DNA of 43,630 nucleotides. It comes from an uncultured Bacteroidales bacterium. Its GTDB lineage: Bacteria; Bacteroidota; Bacteroidia; Bacteroidales; JAIPAH01. The stretch spans positions 1 through 43,630 of the forward strand of contig CAYFQK010000004.1 in the NCBI GenBank assembly GCA_964345255.1, in the 5' to 3' direction. Below the pieces are notes generated by a model. It worked only from the letters and a program-made list of their open reading frames with translations. It did not search any database and was not told the origin of the DNA. Made by a program: the position numbers and the translations under genes. Of this stretch, positions 35,926-43,630 are shown piece after piece; the first letter of the stretch is position 1, and the number at the start of each line of letters is the position of its first letter.

Positions 35926-36835
35926 CCGTTTTTTTATCTATCAAAGACAAGATGCGCTCTAAATCCTCGTCTGAATTGAAAGATATAACGATATTCCCTT
36001 TTCCTTTAGTATTTCTGTTTAGTTTGATGCTGGTATCAAGTTTCTCTGTCAGGTTTTCCTTGATCTCTACATATCTCTTTGGCAGTGGCTCGCGCTGTTT
36101 TTGTTCTTTAGCTTTTTTTCTGCCGCCGGATTCAGCTTCAGTCATTTCTTTAACGCGCAGCTCAATTTTTCTTGCCGACAGGTTGTCTTCCAGAATTTCA
36201 TCCAAAAGCATCTTCTGCTGTTCTTCATCCTGAATATTTATCAGCGGCCGGGCTTGTCCCATGGTGATTTTTTGCTCCTGTATGGCCGATTGTATTTCGG
36301 GCGGTAATTTAAGCAACCGAAGGTAATTAGCTATGGCCGTGCGGCTCTTACCCACCCGCTCGGCTAGTTTTTCCTGGGTAAGTTGTACCTCTTCCATCAG
36401 GCGATTGTAACTGATCGCTACTTCTATGGCGTTGAGGTCTTCCCGCTGAATATTCTCCACCAGGGCCATTTCCAGCATTTGCTCATCGTTGGCTACACGG
36501 ATATATGCCGGAATCTCCTCCAGGCCGGCCAGTTTTGAGGCCTTTAGGCGGCGTTCTCCCGAGATAAGCTGATATTGCTCATACCCCAGTTTCCTGATGG
36601 TCAAGGGTTGAATGATGCCCTGCTCCTTTATCGATTCGGCAAGCTCTTTCAGCGATTCTTCTTCTAGTTTGTTTCTGGGCTGAAAGGGATTGGTTTCTAT
36701 GTTGCTGATTTTTACCGAGGCCACAGCACCTACGACATAATTGCCCGAGATATCCTTGGAGGTGATATCGGTTTCGGGGCTTTCCAGTATGGCGCTTAAT
36801 CCTTTTCCTAATGCTGCTTTTTTCTTACTACTCAT
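35915..36835 (-). CDS. parB: Chromosome partitioning protein ParB
   Basis: ALGKGL, NPFQPR, GERR, LVENIQREDL, and HTH GKSRTAIANYLRLL. Confidence 0.96.
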   Translation of the reverse strand: MSSKKKAALGKGLSAILESPETDITSKDISGNYVVGAVASVKISNIETNPFQPRNKLEEESLKELAESIKEQGIIQPLTIRKLGYEQYQLISGERRLKASKLAGLEEIPAYIRVANDEQMLEMALVENIQREDLNAIEVAISYNRLMEEVQLTQEKLAERVGKSRTAIANYLRLLKLPPEIQSAIQEQKITMGQARPLINIQDEEQQKMLLDEILEDNLSARKIELRVKEMTEAESGGRKKAKEQKQREPLPKRYVEIKENLTEKLDTSIKLNRNTKGKGNIVISFNSDEDLERILSLIDKKTGGE

Positions 36836-37628
36836 TGGCTTTCTCTTTGGTCTTTTCTTCTAGCATTCCGTTTTTCATCAGTATCTCACGTGCCAGGTTC
36901 AGATAGTTACGCGCTCCTGTACTGGTGGCATCATGAGAAATAATTGACTCCCCGAAGCTCGGAGCTTCACTGAGCTTGATGTTACGGTGTATCAGTGTAT
37001 CAAAAATCATCTGCTGAAAATGTGTTTTAACTTCACTTACTACCTGCTTCGACAAGCGCAGGCGACTGTCGTACATCGTAAGCAAAATGCCTTCTATGTC
37101 CAGCTCAGTGTTGAGTCTTGACTGAACAATTTTTATTGTATTTAATAATTTCCCAAGTCCTTCCAGTGCAAAATATTCACATTGAACGGGGACAATAACC
37201 GAGTCGGCAGCTGTAAGAGCGTTTACCGTGATCAGACCCAAAGATGGAGAACAATCAATGATGATAAAATCATATTCTTCCATGAGACTGTTGGTTACGT
37301 TGCGCATGAGTTTCTCACGCTCGGTCATGTTAATAATTTCTATCTCAGCGCCCACAAGGTCGATATGAGCTGGAAGTATGTAAAGGTTTGGCGTTTCTGT
37401 TTCCAGCACTGAAGAGCTGGCTTCTGCTTCCTCTATAATTGCTTCATAAATGCTTGTTTTAACGCTTTTTGGATCGATACCAACTCCAGAGGTGGCATTG
37501 GCTTGCGGGTCGGCATCAATAATTAGTGTTTTATATTCCAACACCGCAAAACTGGCGCCCAGGTTAATAGCTGTGGTCGTTTTACCAACCCCTCCTTTTT
37601 GGTTAGCAATGGTTATTATCTTCCCCAT
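36828..37628 (-). CDS. parA: Chromosome partitioning ATPase ParA/Soj
   Basis: NQKGGVGKTT, DADPQAN, DCSPSLG, QCEYFALEG and SEAPSFG. Promoter element TATATTTG at 37655-37662. Confidence 0.96.
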   Translation of the reverse strand: MGKIITIANQKGGVGKTTTAINLGASFAVLEYKTLIIDADPQANATSGVGIDPKSVKTSIYEAIIEEAEASSSVLETETPNLYILPAHIDLVGAEIEIINMTEREKLMRNVTNSLMEEYDFIIIDCSPSLGLITVNALTAADSVIVPVQCEYFALEGLGKLLNTIKIVQSRLNTELDIEGILLTMYDSRLRLSKQVVSEVKTHFQQMIFDTLIHRNIKLSEAPSFGESIISHDATSTGARNYLNLAREILMKNGMLEEKTKEKANE

Positions 37629-37791
37629 AAAAATTTAATAGATTTTAATTGTCACAAATATACAATTTTATTGATCTACTTTAAAGCAATTGTTATTCAC
37701 AGAATTGTTTAAGGTTTAATGAATTGAATAACAGCATCCAGGTAGAGATATGAACAATCGTTTCAAGGAAAGAAAACAGAAGGGATTCTTT

Positions 37792-37878
37792 CCCGACAGC
37801 CTGAGGTTTTATTTACTAAAAATAGCACCTAAAGCTTAGCGATATGTCTTTAATGCACTTACCTTCAGGCTGTCCGGG
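37792..37878. other. Extended imperfect inverted repeat (candidate structured RNA or MITE-like unit)
   Basis: CCCGACAGCCTGAGG pairs with CCTTCAGGCTGTCCGGG; inner GCACCTAAAG/CTTTAATGC. Confidence 0.5.
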
Positions 37879-37891
37879 GCAGATATGAACC

Positions 37892-38377
37892 CTATTTATT
37901 GTAATATTTTTGTTCCTGAACTTCTTCGCTTGATTGCTCCTCGTCCAGGTCTTCAAAATCTATGTTGGTATGAAGCGAGGTGTTGAAGGGATCGGCTTCT
38001 CCATCTTTAGCTTCAGATTGCACTTCCTGTTTTGCTTCAGTGTTTTTATCTTCTGAAGCTACATGGGATTCATTTTCCCCACCAGCGGTGCTTTCTTCTT
38101 CCTCTTCAGGTATAACCTGCTGATTTTCATCGATAAAACCAATGGTTTCACCCAGTGCATTCTTGAACTTATCAAAATCTTCTTTGTAGAGAAAAAGTTT
38201 GAATTTTTCGTAATAGAACTTTCCCTGGTCGTTGTTAAACTTCCTTTTGCTTTCTGTGATCGTCAGATAGTACTCCCCTTTTCTTGTTGATTTGACATCG
38301 AAAAAGTACGTTCGCTTGCCCGCTCTGACGGCTCTTGAAAAAATTTCGTCTCTTCTGCGTGCGTTGTTCTCAGCCAT
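37892..38377 (-). CDS. DUF3276 (PUR-like DNA/RNA-binding) protein
   Basis: IFSRAVRAGKRTYFFDVK, YLTITESK and FLYKEDF; acidic tail. Start at ATG 38377; TACTTTTG at 38409-38416. Confidence 0.9.
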   Translation of the reverse strand: MAENNARRRDEIFSRAVRAGKRTYFFDVKSTRKGEYYLTITESKRKFNNDQGKFYYEKFKLFLYKEDFDKFKNALGETIGFIDENQQVIPEEEEESTAGGENESHVASEDKNTEAKQEVQSEAKDGEADPFNTSLHTNIDFEDLDEEQSSEEVQEQKYYNK

Positions 38378-38787
38378 TTTCCTCAATCGTTATTAAAGTT
38401 CCTATTCGCAAAAGTAAATAAATATAACTTATATCAAAGTTTCAGCCTCAAAAATAATCATTCAATAAAGAAAATTATATGGATTAGCCTGATTATGAAT
38501 ACCTGAAGCACTTTCTTTGTATCCTAAGGCCGGTAATTACTTTTTCATTGATAAGGATGGGCAAAAAATTTGTTTAAAATCAGGCAGGCTGAAAATTAAT
38601 TTCACCAATATTTCCTTTAGCTAAAGACTCATTATTAAGCACTTATCACTTTAGGTCAGGAGGTAAAAAGTAGCTGAGAATTTTTTATTGACCTTTTTTG
38701 ACCGGACTCATTGATAAGTAATGTGCTTTTTCTTTGGAAAATGTTTTAGTTTTGCCCCCTGATTTCAGATTAAATGTTCTAAGGTAT

Positions 38788-39756
38788 ATGCTAACGAGGA
38801 GATATTTACGAATCAAAGTTCTGCAGGAGCTTTACGCGTTCTCAAGAAAAGATGATGAAGATTACGCCAGGGCCGAGAAGGCGTTATTAGATAACCTCCA
38901 AAAGGTTTACGACCTTTTTATTTACCAGCTATCCTACATTCTGGAGATAAGTGACTTTGCAGCCAACAGAATCGAAGAAGGAAAAAGTAAATTTTACCCT
39001 ACCCAGGAAGATTTGAATCCAAACACTAAATTTATTGATAACCAGGTATTAACACAGATTTCGGAAAATCGTTCTTTCAAAAGGCATCGCGCCAGGCTTA
39101 AAATTAATTGGGCTGACCAGACAGCTATGGTAAGGAGAACGTATAATAATCTGAGGCAAAGCAAAGTGTTTAAAGAGTACCTGCAGTCAGGAAGGAAAGG
39201 CTATACCGAAGATAAGGATTTTATGGTAAAAATGGTTCAGGAGATTATCCTGCACGACGAGTATTTAAAAAGCTTTTATGAGGAGAAGAATGTTTTTTGG
39301 GCTAATGATTTTGATGCTTCTATACTTATGCTGGAAAAAACCTTCAGAGGTATAAAAAAGGAAGAAGATGAATTCGCCCCCTTACCTTCTTTGTATATAG
39401 CTCCTACCGACGAAAAAGGACACAATGAAGACGAGGAGTTTGTAAAAAAACTCTTCAGAACAGTGAATTTCAATCGCAAAGAATATGATGAGCTCATCGC
39501 AGACCGGACAATGAACTGGGATTTTGAGCGGATTGCCGTTATGGATAACCTGATTTTGAAAATGGCGATTAGTGAGTTTCTGAAATTTGAAACAATTCCG
39601 ATTAAGGTTACGATGAATGAATACATAGAGATTTCAAAAGTTTTTAGCACGCCTAAAAGCAACATCTTTGTTAATGGCATGCTCGATAAGTTATTATCAG
39701 AGTTTAAAGAAGCCGGAAAGATTCAAAAGCTGGGGCGTGGTTTAATAGACAATTAG
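38788..39756 (+). CDS. nusB: Transcription antitermination factor NusB, long Bacteroidota form
   Basis: MLTRRYLRIKVLQ.LYA; NWDFERIAVMD; IPIKVTMNEYIEISK.FSTPKS..FVNG.LD. Start at ATG 38788, after TAGTTTTG at 38747-38754. Confidence 0.93.
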   Translation: MLTRRYLRIKVLQELYAFSRKDDEDYARAEKALLDNLQKVYDLFIYQLSYILEISDFAANRIEEGKSKFYPTQEDLNPNTKFIDNQVLTQISENRSFKRHRARLKINWADQTAMVRRTYNNLRQSKVFKEYLQSGRKGYTEDKDFMVKMVQEIILHDEYLKSFYEEKNVFWANDFDASILMLEKTFRGIKKEEDEFAPLPSLYIAPTDEKGHNEDEEFVKKLFRTVNFNRKEYDELIADRTMNWDFERIAVMDNLILKMAISEFLKFETIPIKVTMNEYIEISKVFSTPKSNIFVNGMLDKLLSEFKEAGKIQKLGRGLIDN

Positions 39757-39764
39757 CAGATAAT

Positions 39765-40184
39765 ATGCCGCTTATTCGTGATTTTACACCTGAAGATTAT
39801 CAGGCGCTGGTTGAACTGTGGAAAGAGTTAGATCTGGGGCGCCCTGAGCGTGGTGACGACTTGTCGGTCATCAATGAAACACTGCGACTGGGAGGTAAAC
39901 TCTTTCTGATGGAACAACAGGGTGAATTAATAGGTACTGCCTGGGTGACCAATAACGGAAGAAGGCTTTATTTGCACCACATGGGAATAAAACAGGCATT
40001 TCGCGAAAAAGGTTTTGGCGCCGTACTGATGGACGAGATTATAGGGTACGCCCGCGCTATGAAAATGCAAATAAAGCTGGAAGTGCATACAGAAAATGAT
40101 AAGGCAAGAAGACTTTATGAGAAGTATGGCTTTGAAGAATTGGAAGGCTACCGCGTATTGATAAACAGAAAGCCCTCCGGGTAA
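39765..40184 (+). CDS. GNAT family N-acetyltransferase
   Basis: FREKGFG acetyl-CoA motif and N..A..LYEKYGF. Confidence 0.9.
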   Translation: MPLIRDFTPEDYQALVELWKELDLGRPERGDDLSVINETLRLGGKLFLMEQQGELIGTAWVTNNGRRLYLHHMGIKQAFREKGFGAVLMDEIIGYARAMKMQIKLEVHTENDKARRLYEKYGFEELEGYRVLINRKPSG

Positions 40185-40228
40185 TATTAAATCAGTTTGT
40201 TTTATTACATTTGTTAAAAATTTAGATC

Positions 40229-40690
40229 ATGGGAAAAAAGCTGTGGATTTTAAGTTTTATTGCTATCGTAACATTGAGCTTAAATAGCTGTAACAACTCA
40301 AAAGACAATAAATTACCCACCGATGTGGTGAATAATCCTAATTCAGCCGAAGGAAAAGAAAAAAAATCCGGGAAGCTACCGGAAATTACCTTTGAAACAA
40401 AGGAACACAACTTTGGCAAGGTCATTAGCGGGGAGGTGGTAAGCTATAATTTTAAATTCAAGAATACAGGCAATGCCGATCTTATTATATCAAAAGTGAG
40501 TTCTTCCTGCGGATGCACGGTTACTGATTACCCTGATAAACCAATTAAGCCGGGAGAGGAAAAGTACCTTGAAGTGACTTTTGACAGCGACCACCGGCGG
40601 GGCTTTCAGAGCAAATCTGTAACTGTGGCCACCAATGCACAGCCCAGTCAGAAAACAGTGAGAATAAAAGCAAAAGTAATTATACCATAA
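40229..40690 (+). CDS. DUF1573 lipoprotein
   Basis: Lipobox LNSC; HNFG, FKNTG..DL.I, SCGCT and PIKPGE. TACATTTG at 40206-40213. Confidence 0.9.
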   Translation: MGKKLWILSFIAIVTLSLNSCNNSKDNKLPTDVVNNPNSAEGKEKKSGKLPEITFETKEHNFGKVISGEVVSYNFKFKNTGNADLIISKVSSSCGCTVTDYPDKPIKPGEEKYLEVTFDSDHRRGFQSKSVTVATNAQPSQKTVRIKAKVIIP

Positions 40691-40699
40691 AAAGTAAAA

Positions 40700-41038
40700 A
40701 TGATGAATTATTTAAGTATCTTATTAACAGCGCAGGGATCAGGTGGTCAAAGCGGCGGAATCATGTCGTTACTGCCACTCATATTAATTATCCTGGTATT
40801 CTACCTCTTTTTTATTCGCCCGCAGATGAAAAGGGCTAAACAGCAGCGCCAATTCCGTGAATCTCTGGAAAAAGGACAGAAAGTAGTTACTGTGGGAGGA
40901 ATCCATGGGAAAATAGTTGAGGTTAAGGATACCCACGTGGTCTTAGATGTGGGCAGCCAGGTGCAGCTTAAAGTAGAAAAGTCTGCCATCTCCATGGACA
41001 ATAAGGATCAGGATCAATTGAAGCAACAGCAAAAGTAA
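40700..41038 (+). CDS. yajC: Preprotein translocase subunit YajC
   Basis: FYLFFIRPQMK and L.KG.KVVTVGGIHG. Confidence 0.95.
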   Translation: MMNYLSILLTAQGSGGQSGGIMSLLPLILIILVFYLFFIRPQMKRAKQQRQFRESLEKGQKVVTVGGIHGKIVEVKDTHVVLDVGSQVQLKVEKSAISMDNKDQDQLKQQQK

Positions 41039-41047
41039 CATCCGATA

Positions 41048-42061
41048 GTGGCAGATTCCGGTAAAAAAAAACATATTGTTGGGAAACAATGGCTGGATTG
41101 GGTTATAAAGACCTTTAAAGATCTTCGATTCAGAAACCAGCTATATGTTTTTTTTATCTGCCTGCTCATTTCTGTATTCATTTGGTTATCTATAAAGTTA
41201 TCTAAAGAATACAATACATCCGTTAAACATCCGGTGGAATACATCAACCAGGTCCAGGATAAGGTTCTGACGAATGATCCTCCCGATAGGGTTTATTTGC
41301 AAGTCCGCGGGCGAGGTATGGAATTGATAAAAGCCCGCATCAGAGAACCCAACGAACCCCTACAGATTAATTTAAGCAATGTGGAATTGGAGCAAATCAG
41401 TGAACACCGATTTCAATCACAGGTCCCTTCGGTATGGTTCCTTGCACAAATCGCCCGCCAGTCAAAATATTACGATAAACTGGTGGATATTAATCCGGAT
41501 ACCCTAAGGTTTGAGTTTGAAGAAATAAAATACCGGAAAGTTCCTGTAAAACATCGCCTGAAGTATGATTTGGGTGAACAGCTATGGCTTCGCAGACCCG
41601 TTTCTGTTATTCCAGACAGCATCGTTATTTCAGGCATAGTCTCAGCAGTCGATACGGTAAGTGCGGTTTATACCAGGAAAATCAATCTGGGAACGATAGA
41701 GCAGGCTGTCAGCCGAAATATTACATTGAAAAGCTTTAAATCCCCTTTTTTGGAAAAAGAGGAGGATAAAGTTATGATCAAAATACCTGCTGAGAAATAT
41801 ACTGAATCGCAGGTAAGTATTCCTATTCATGCCAAGACCCCGCGAGACACAGAATTAAAAACGTTTCCTGAAAAAGTAACGATTACCTATCGTGTTTCTC
41901 ATGCGGATTACGAAAAGGTCAACTCCTCATTATTCAGGGCAGTTGTTAACTACAAACCTGAAAGCAGCCAGTTTTTACCTGTAGAAATAGTGCACGCCCC
42001 TGGTTATGTGGAGATTACTGAGGTTGAGCCGCAGGAAATAGAATACATTTTTTTGCAATGA
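41048..42061 (+). CDS. YbbR/CdaR-like membrane-anchored protein
   Basis: FFICLLIS..IW...KLSKEY anchor, beta-rich repeats (PD.I.I.G, FPEKV), and position between yajC and coaE. Confidence 0.75.
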   Translation: MADSGKKKHIVGKQWLDWVIKTFKDLRFRNQLYVFFICLLISVFIWLSIKLSKEYNTSVKHPVEYINQVQDKVLTNDPPDRVYLQVRGRGMELIKARIREPNEPLQINLSNVELEQISEHRFQSQVPSVWFLAQIARQSKYYDKLVDINPDTLRFEFEEIKYRKVPVKHRLKYDLGEQLWLRRPVSVIPDSIVISGIVSAVDTVSAVYTRKINLGTIEQAVSRNITLKSFKSPFLEKEEDKVMIKIPAEKYTESQVSIPIHAKTPRDTELKTFPEKVTITYRVSHADYEKVNSSLFRAVVNYKPESSQFLPVEIVHAPGYVEITEVEPQEIEYIFLQ

Positions 42062-42651
42062 TTAAGGTAGGATTAACAGGAAATATTGGAAGCGGTAAAA
42101 GCACTGTTTCGAAGATTTTTGAGGCTCTGAGAGTGCCGGTTTATCATGCCGATACAGAGGCAAAAAAATTCCTTGATACGCCGGAAGTAATTTCTCAGCT
42201 AAGGGCGCTTTTCGGAGAAAGCATAACAGTAGATAACCGAATTAACAGGAAGACGCTGGCTGCAATTGTTTTCAACGATGAAAAAAAGCTGCAGCAGCTC
42301 AATGAGATAATTCATCCTTTTGTTGAGGAAGATTATAAATATTGGTGCAGCAAACAACGGGATGTGGTATATACCCTCCAGGAAGCCGCTATATTGGTGG
42401 AGAGCGGATTTTACCGTTTCATGGATAAAATTGTAGTGGTGACAGCTCCCGTTGAAACGCGGATTAATAGAATTATCGAGAGAGACCAGGCTACACGCGA
42501 TGAGGTCCTCAGCCGGATGGAAAGGCAGCTCCCGGAGACGGAGCTTAAGGGATATGCTGATTTTATTGTTAGTAACAGCGGCGAGAAGCTGGTTATCCCT
42601 CAGGTCCTTGAAATACATAACAAGCTGCAGGGCCCGGGCGACACTTATTAA
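42058..42651 (+). CDS. coaE: Dephospho-CoA kinase
   Basis: GLTGNIGSGKST, Y.AD, LNEIIHP, EAAIL.E and R..RQ. Confidence 0.96.
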   Translation: MIKVGLTGNIGSGKSTVSKIFEALRVPVYHADTEAKKFLDTPEVISQLRALFGESITVDNRINRKTLAAIVFNDEKKLQQLNEIIHPFVEEDYKYWCSKQRDVVYTLQEAAILVESGFYRFMDKIVVVTAPVETRINRIIERDQATRDEVLSRMERQLPETELKGYADFIVSNSGEKLVIPQVLEIHNKLQGPGDTY

Positions 42652-42663
42652 GCCCGTGTTTCC

Positions 42664-43530
42664 TCAGGAATCGAAATCATATCCCTTAAGGAAATCATAA
42701 TTTTTCATCTTATCCATCACCTCTTTTTTGGCGTCCTGGGGCCAGTCAATCTTCAGCCTGGTTTTGCTGGCGCTGGTCCTTATAATGCTGGCCGCGTCTT
42801 CCAGGTAGCCGGGGTAGGGCTCCACGCCTATAAAATGGCAAATATCCGCCAGGTGAGAAGCAGGATCTTCCACAAACTTCTCATTGTAAAGCTCATAGAT
42901 ATCAAATTTTCCCGACTGTTTTATCCTGTGGATGGTCTCGGTATCTTTGAAATGTAAATCAATGTTTTTAAAGAGCTTTTCCCTCGATACCTCTTTCTGG
43001 TTGAGGTTGCCACCGCGGGCCCGTGTGGTGATATTGTCAAAAGGATTGCGAATGATGTGGATAATCCTGATTTCCTTATCAATCGTTTGGCTCAGTTTCC
43101 CGAGTAAACCAGGGTATTGCCTCAGCCACCTTGTGGAGGCTCCGCCACGCTTATCGCCTATTGCTTTGAGCTCTCTGTAGTATCCTTGCCACTGGTTGGG
43201 TACTTTGTACGAATATCCTGTCCACATGTTTTTGCGGGATTTAAACCATTTTCCCCTTCCAATCAAACGTGCAAATACTTTATCGCGTGATTCGTTTTTA
43301 TGGATGTATTTTAACGCATTTAACTCATGGGCAATCCACATCTCCGGATGGGCATCCAGCAAAGCGCCTATCAGAGAATGACTGCTGCGGGGGTATCCAA
43401 GAAACATCACGTAAACGGGGACTTTTTCGAAGTCTGTAGCGTATTTTTTCATGTAATACGGCCACAACATCCGGCGGTGAAAGAAATCGGAAAGTTTGCT
43501 GTGATATTTGAAATAAAGCGTTTGTTTCAT
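42664..43530 (-). CDS. Sulfotransferase family protein
   Basis: 5'-PSB-like GYPRSSHSLIGALLDAHP, GDK, and 3'-PB-like IHIIRNPFD. TACCTTTG at 43550-43557. Confidence 0.8.
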   Translation of the reverse strand: MKQTLYFKYHSKLSDFFHRRMLWPYYMKKYATDFEKVPVYVMFLGYPRSSHSLIGALLDAHPEMWIAHELNALKYIHKNESRDKVFARLIGRGKWFKSRKNMWTGYSYKVPNQWQGYYRELKAIGDKRGGASTRWLRQYPGLLGKLSQTIDKEIRIIHIIRNPFDNITTRARGGNLNQKEVSREKLFKNIDLHFKDTETIHRIKQSGKFDIYELYNEKFVEDPASHLADICHFIGVEPYPGYLEDAASIIRTSASKTRLKIDWPQDAKKEVMDKMKNYDFLKGYDFDS

Positions 43531-43630
43531 TAAAAGTCAATTGTCCCGGCAAAGGTAGGAAAAATGCGCTGAGGATTTGAATGTGCAGAAGATCGTAGAA
43601 GTCAGCGGTAAACAGGAATCATTGAGCGGT

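Noticed and set aside
37693-37701. DnaA box TTATTCACA upstream of parA, suggesting oriC
   Set aside because: It is a single box with no cluster or unwinding element evident; insufficient on its own.
38400-38740. ncRNA in the long DUF3276-nusB intergenic region (likewise 18990-19340)
   Set aside because: AT-rich, with no convincing stems or recognisable RNA motif by eye.
280-43552. Numerous short antisense or overlapping ORFs in the six-frame track
   Set aside because: They lie within well-supported genes and show no recognisable motifs; treated as shadow ORFs.

Overview
A 43.6-kb, mostly housekeeping chromosomal segment of an anaerobic Bacteroidota (Bacteroidales-like) organism. Support for that assignment: TAnnTTTG promoter elements upstream of more than ten genes, a T9SS type-B substrate paired with a PorP/SprF gene, and the familiar parA-parB-DUF5683-dapB-lepB and nusB-DUF1573-yajC-ybbR-coaE gene orders. 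The left 5.8 kb is accessory: a 15-bp tandem repeat, mgsA, a RelE/ParE-type toxin-antitoxin pair, a start-less TlpA-like gene remnant, and a trimeric [FeFe]-hydrogenase operon (hydCBA). Its short beta subunit carries the hallmarks of NON-bifurcating NADH-dependent enzymes, and its promoter is bracketed by two perfect TTGTTA-N6-TAACAA Rex-type operators. This is the best candidate for a little-described system: a NADH-sensing, directly NADH-oxidising H2 module in a Bacteroidota. sucC is frameshifted by a 61-bp duplication whose junction creates a perfect 14-bp inverted repeat, a fold-back template-switch signature that may be biological or a library artefact. A decayed HD-domain gene sits just upstream of sucC. 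I saw no rRNA, tRNA, CRISPR array or intact transposase. All calls come from reading motifs by eye; no database search was run.
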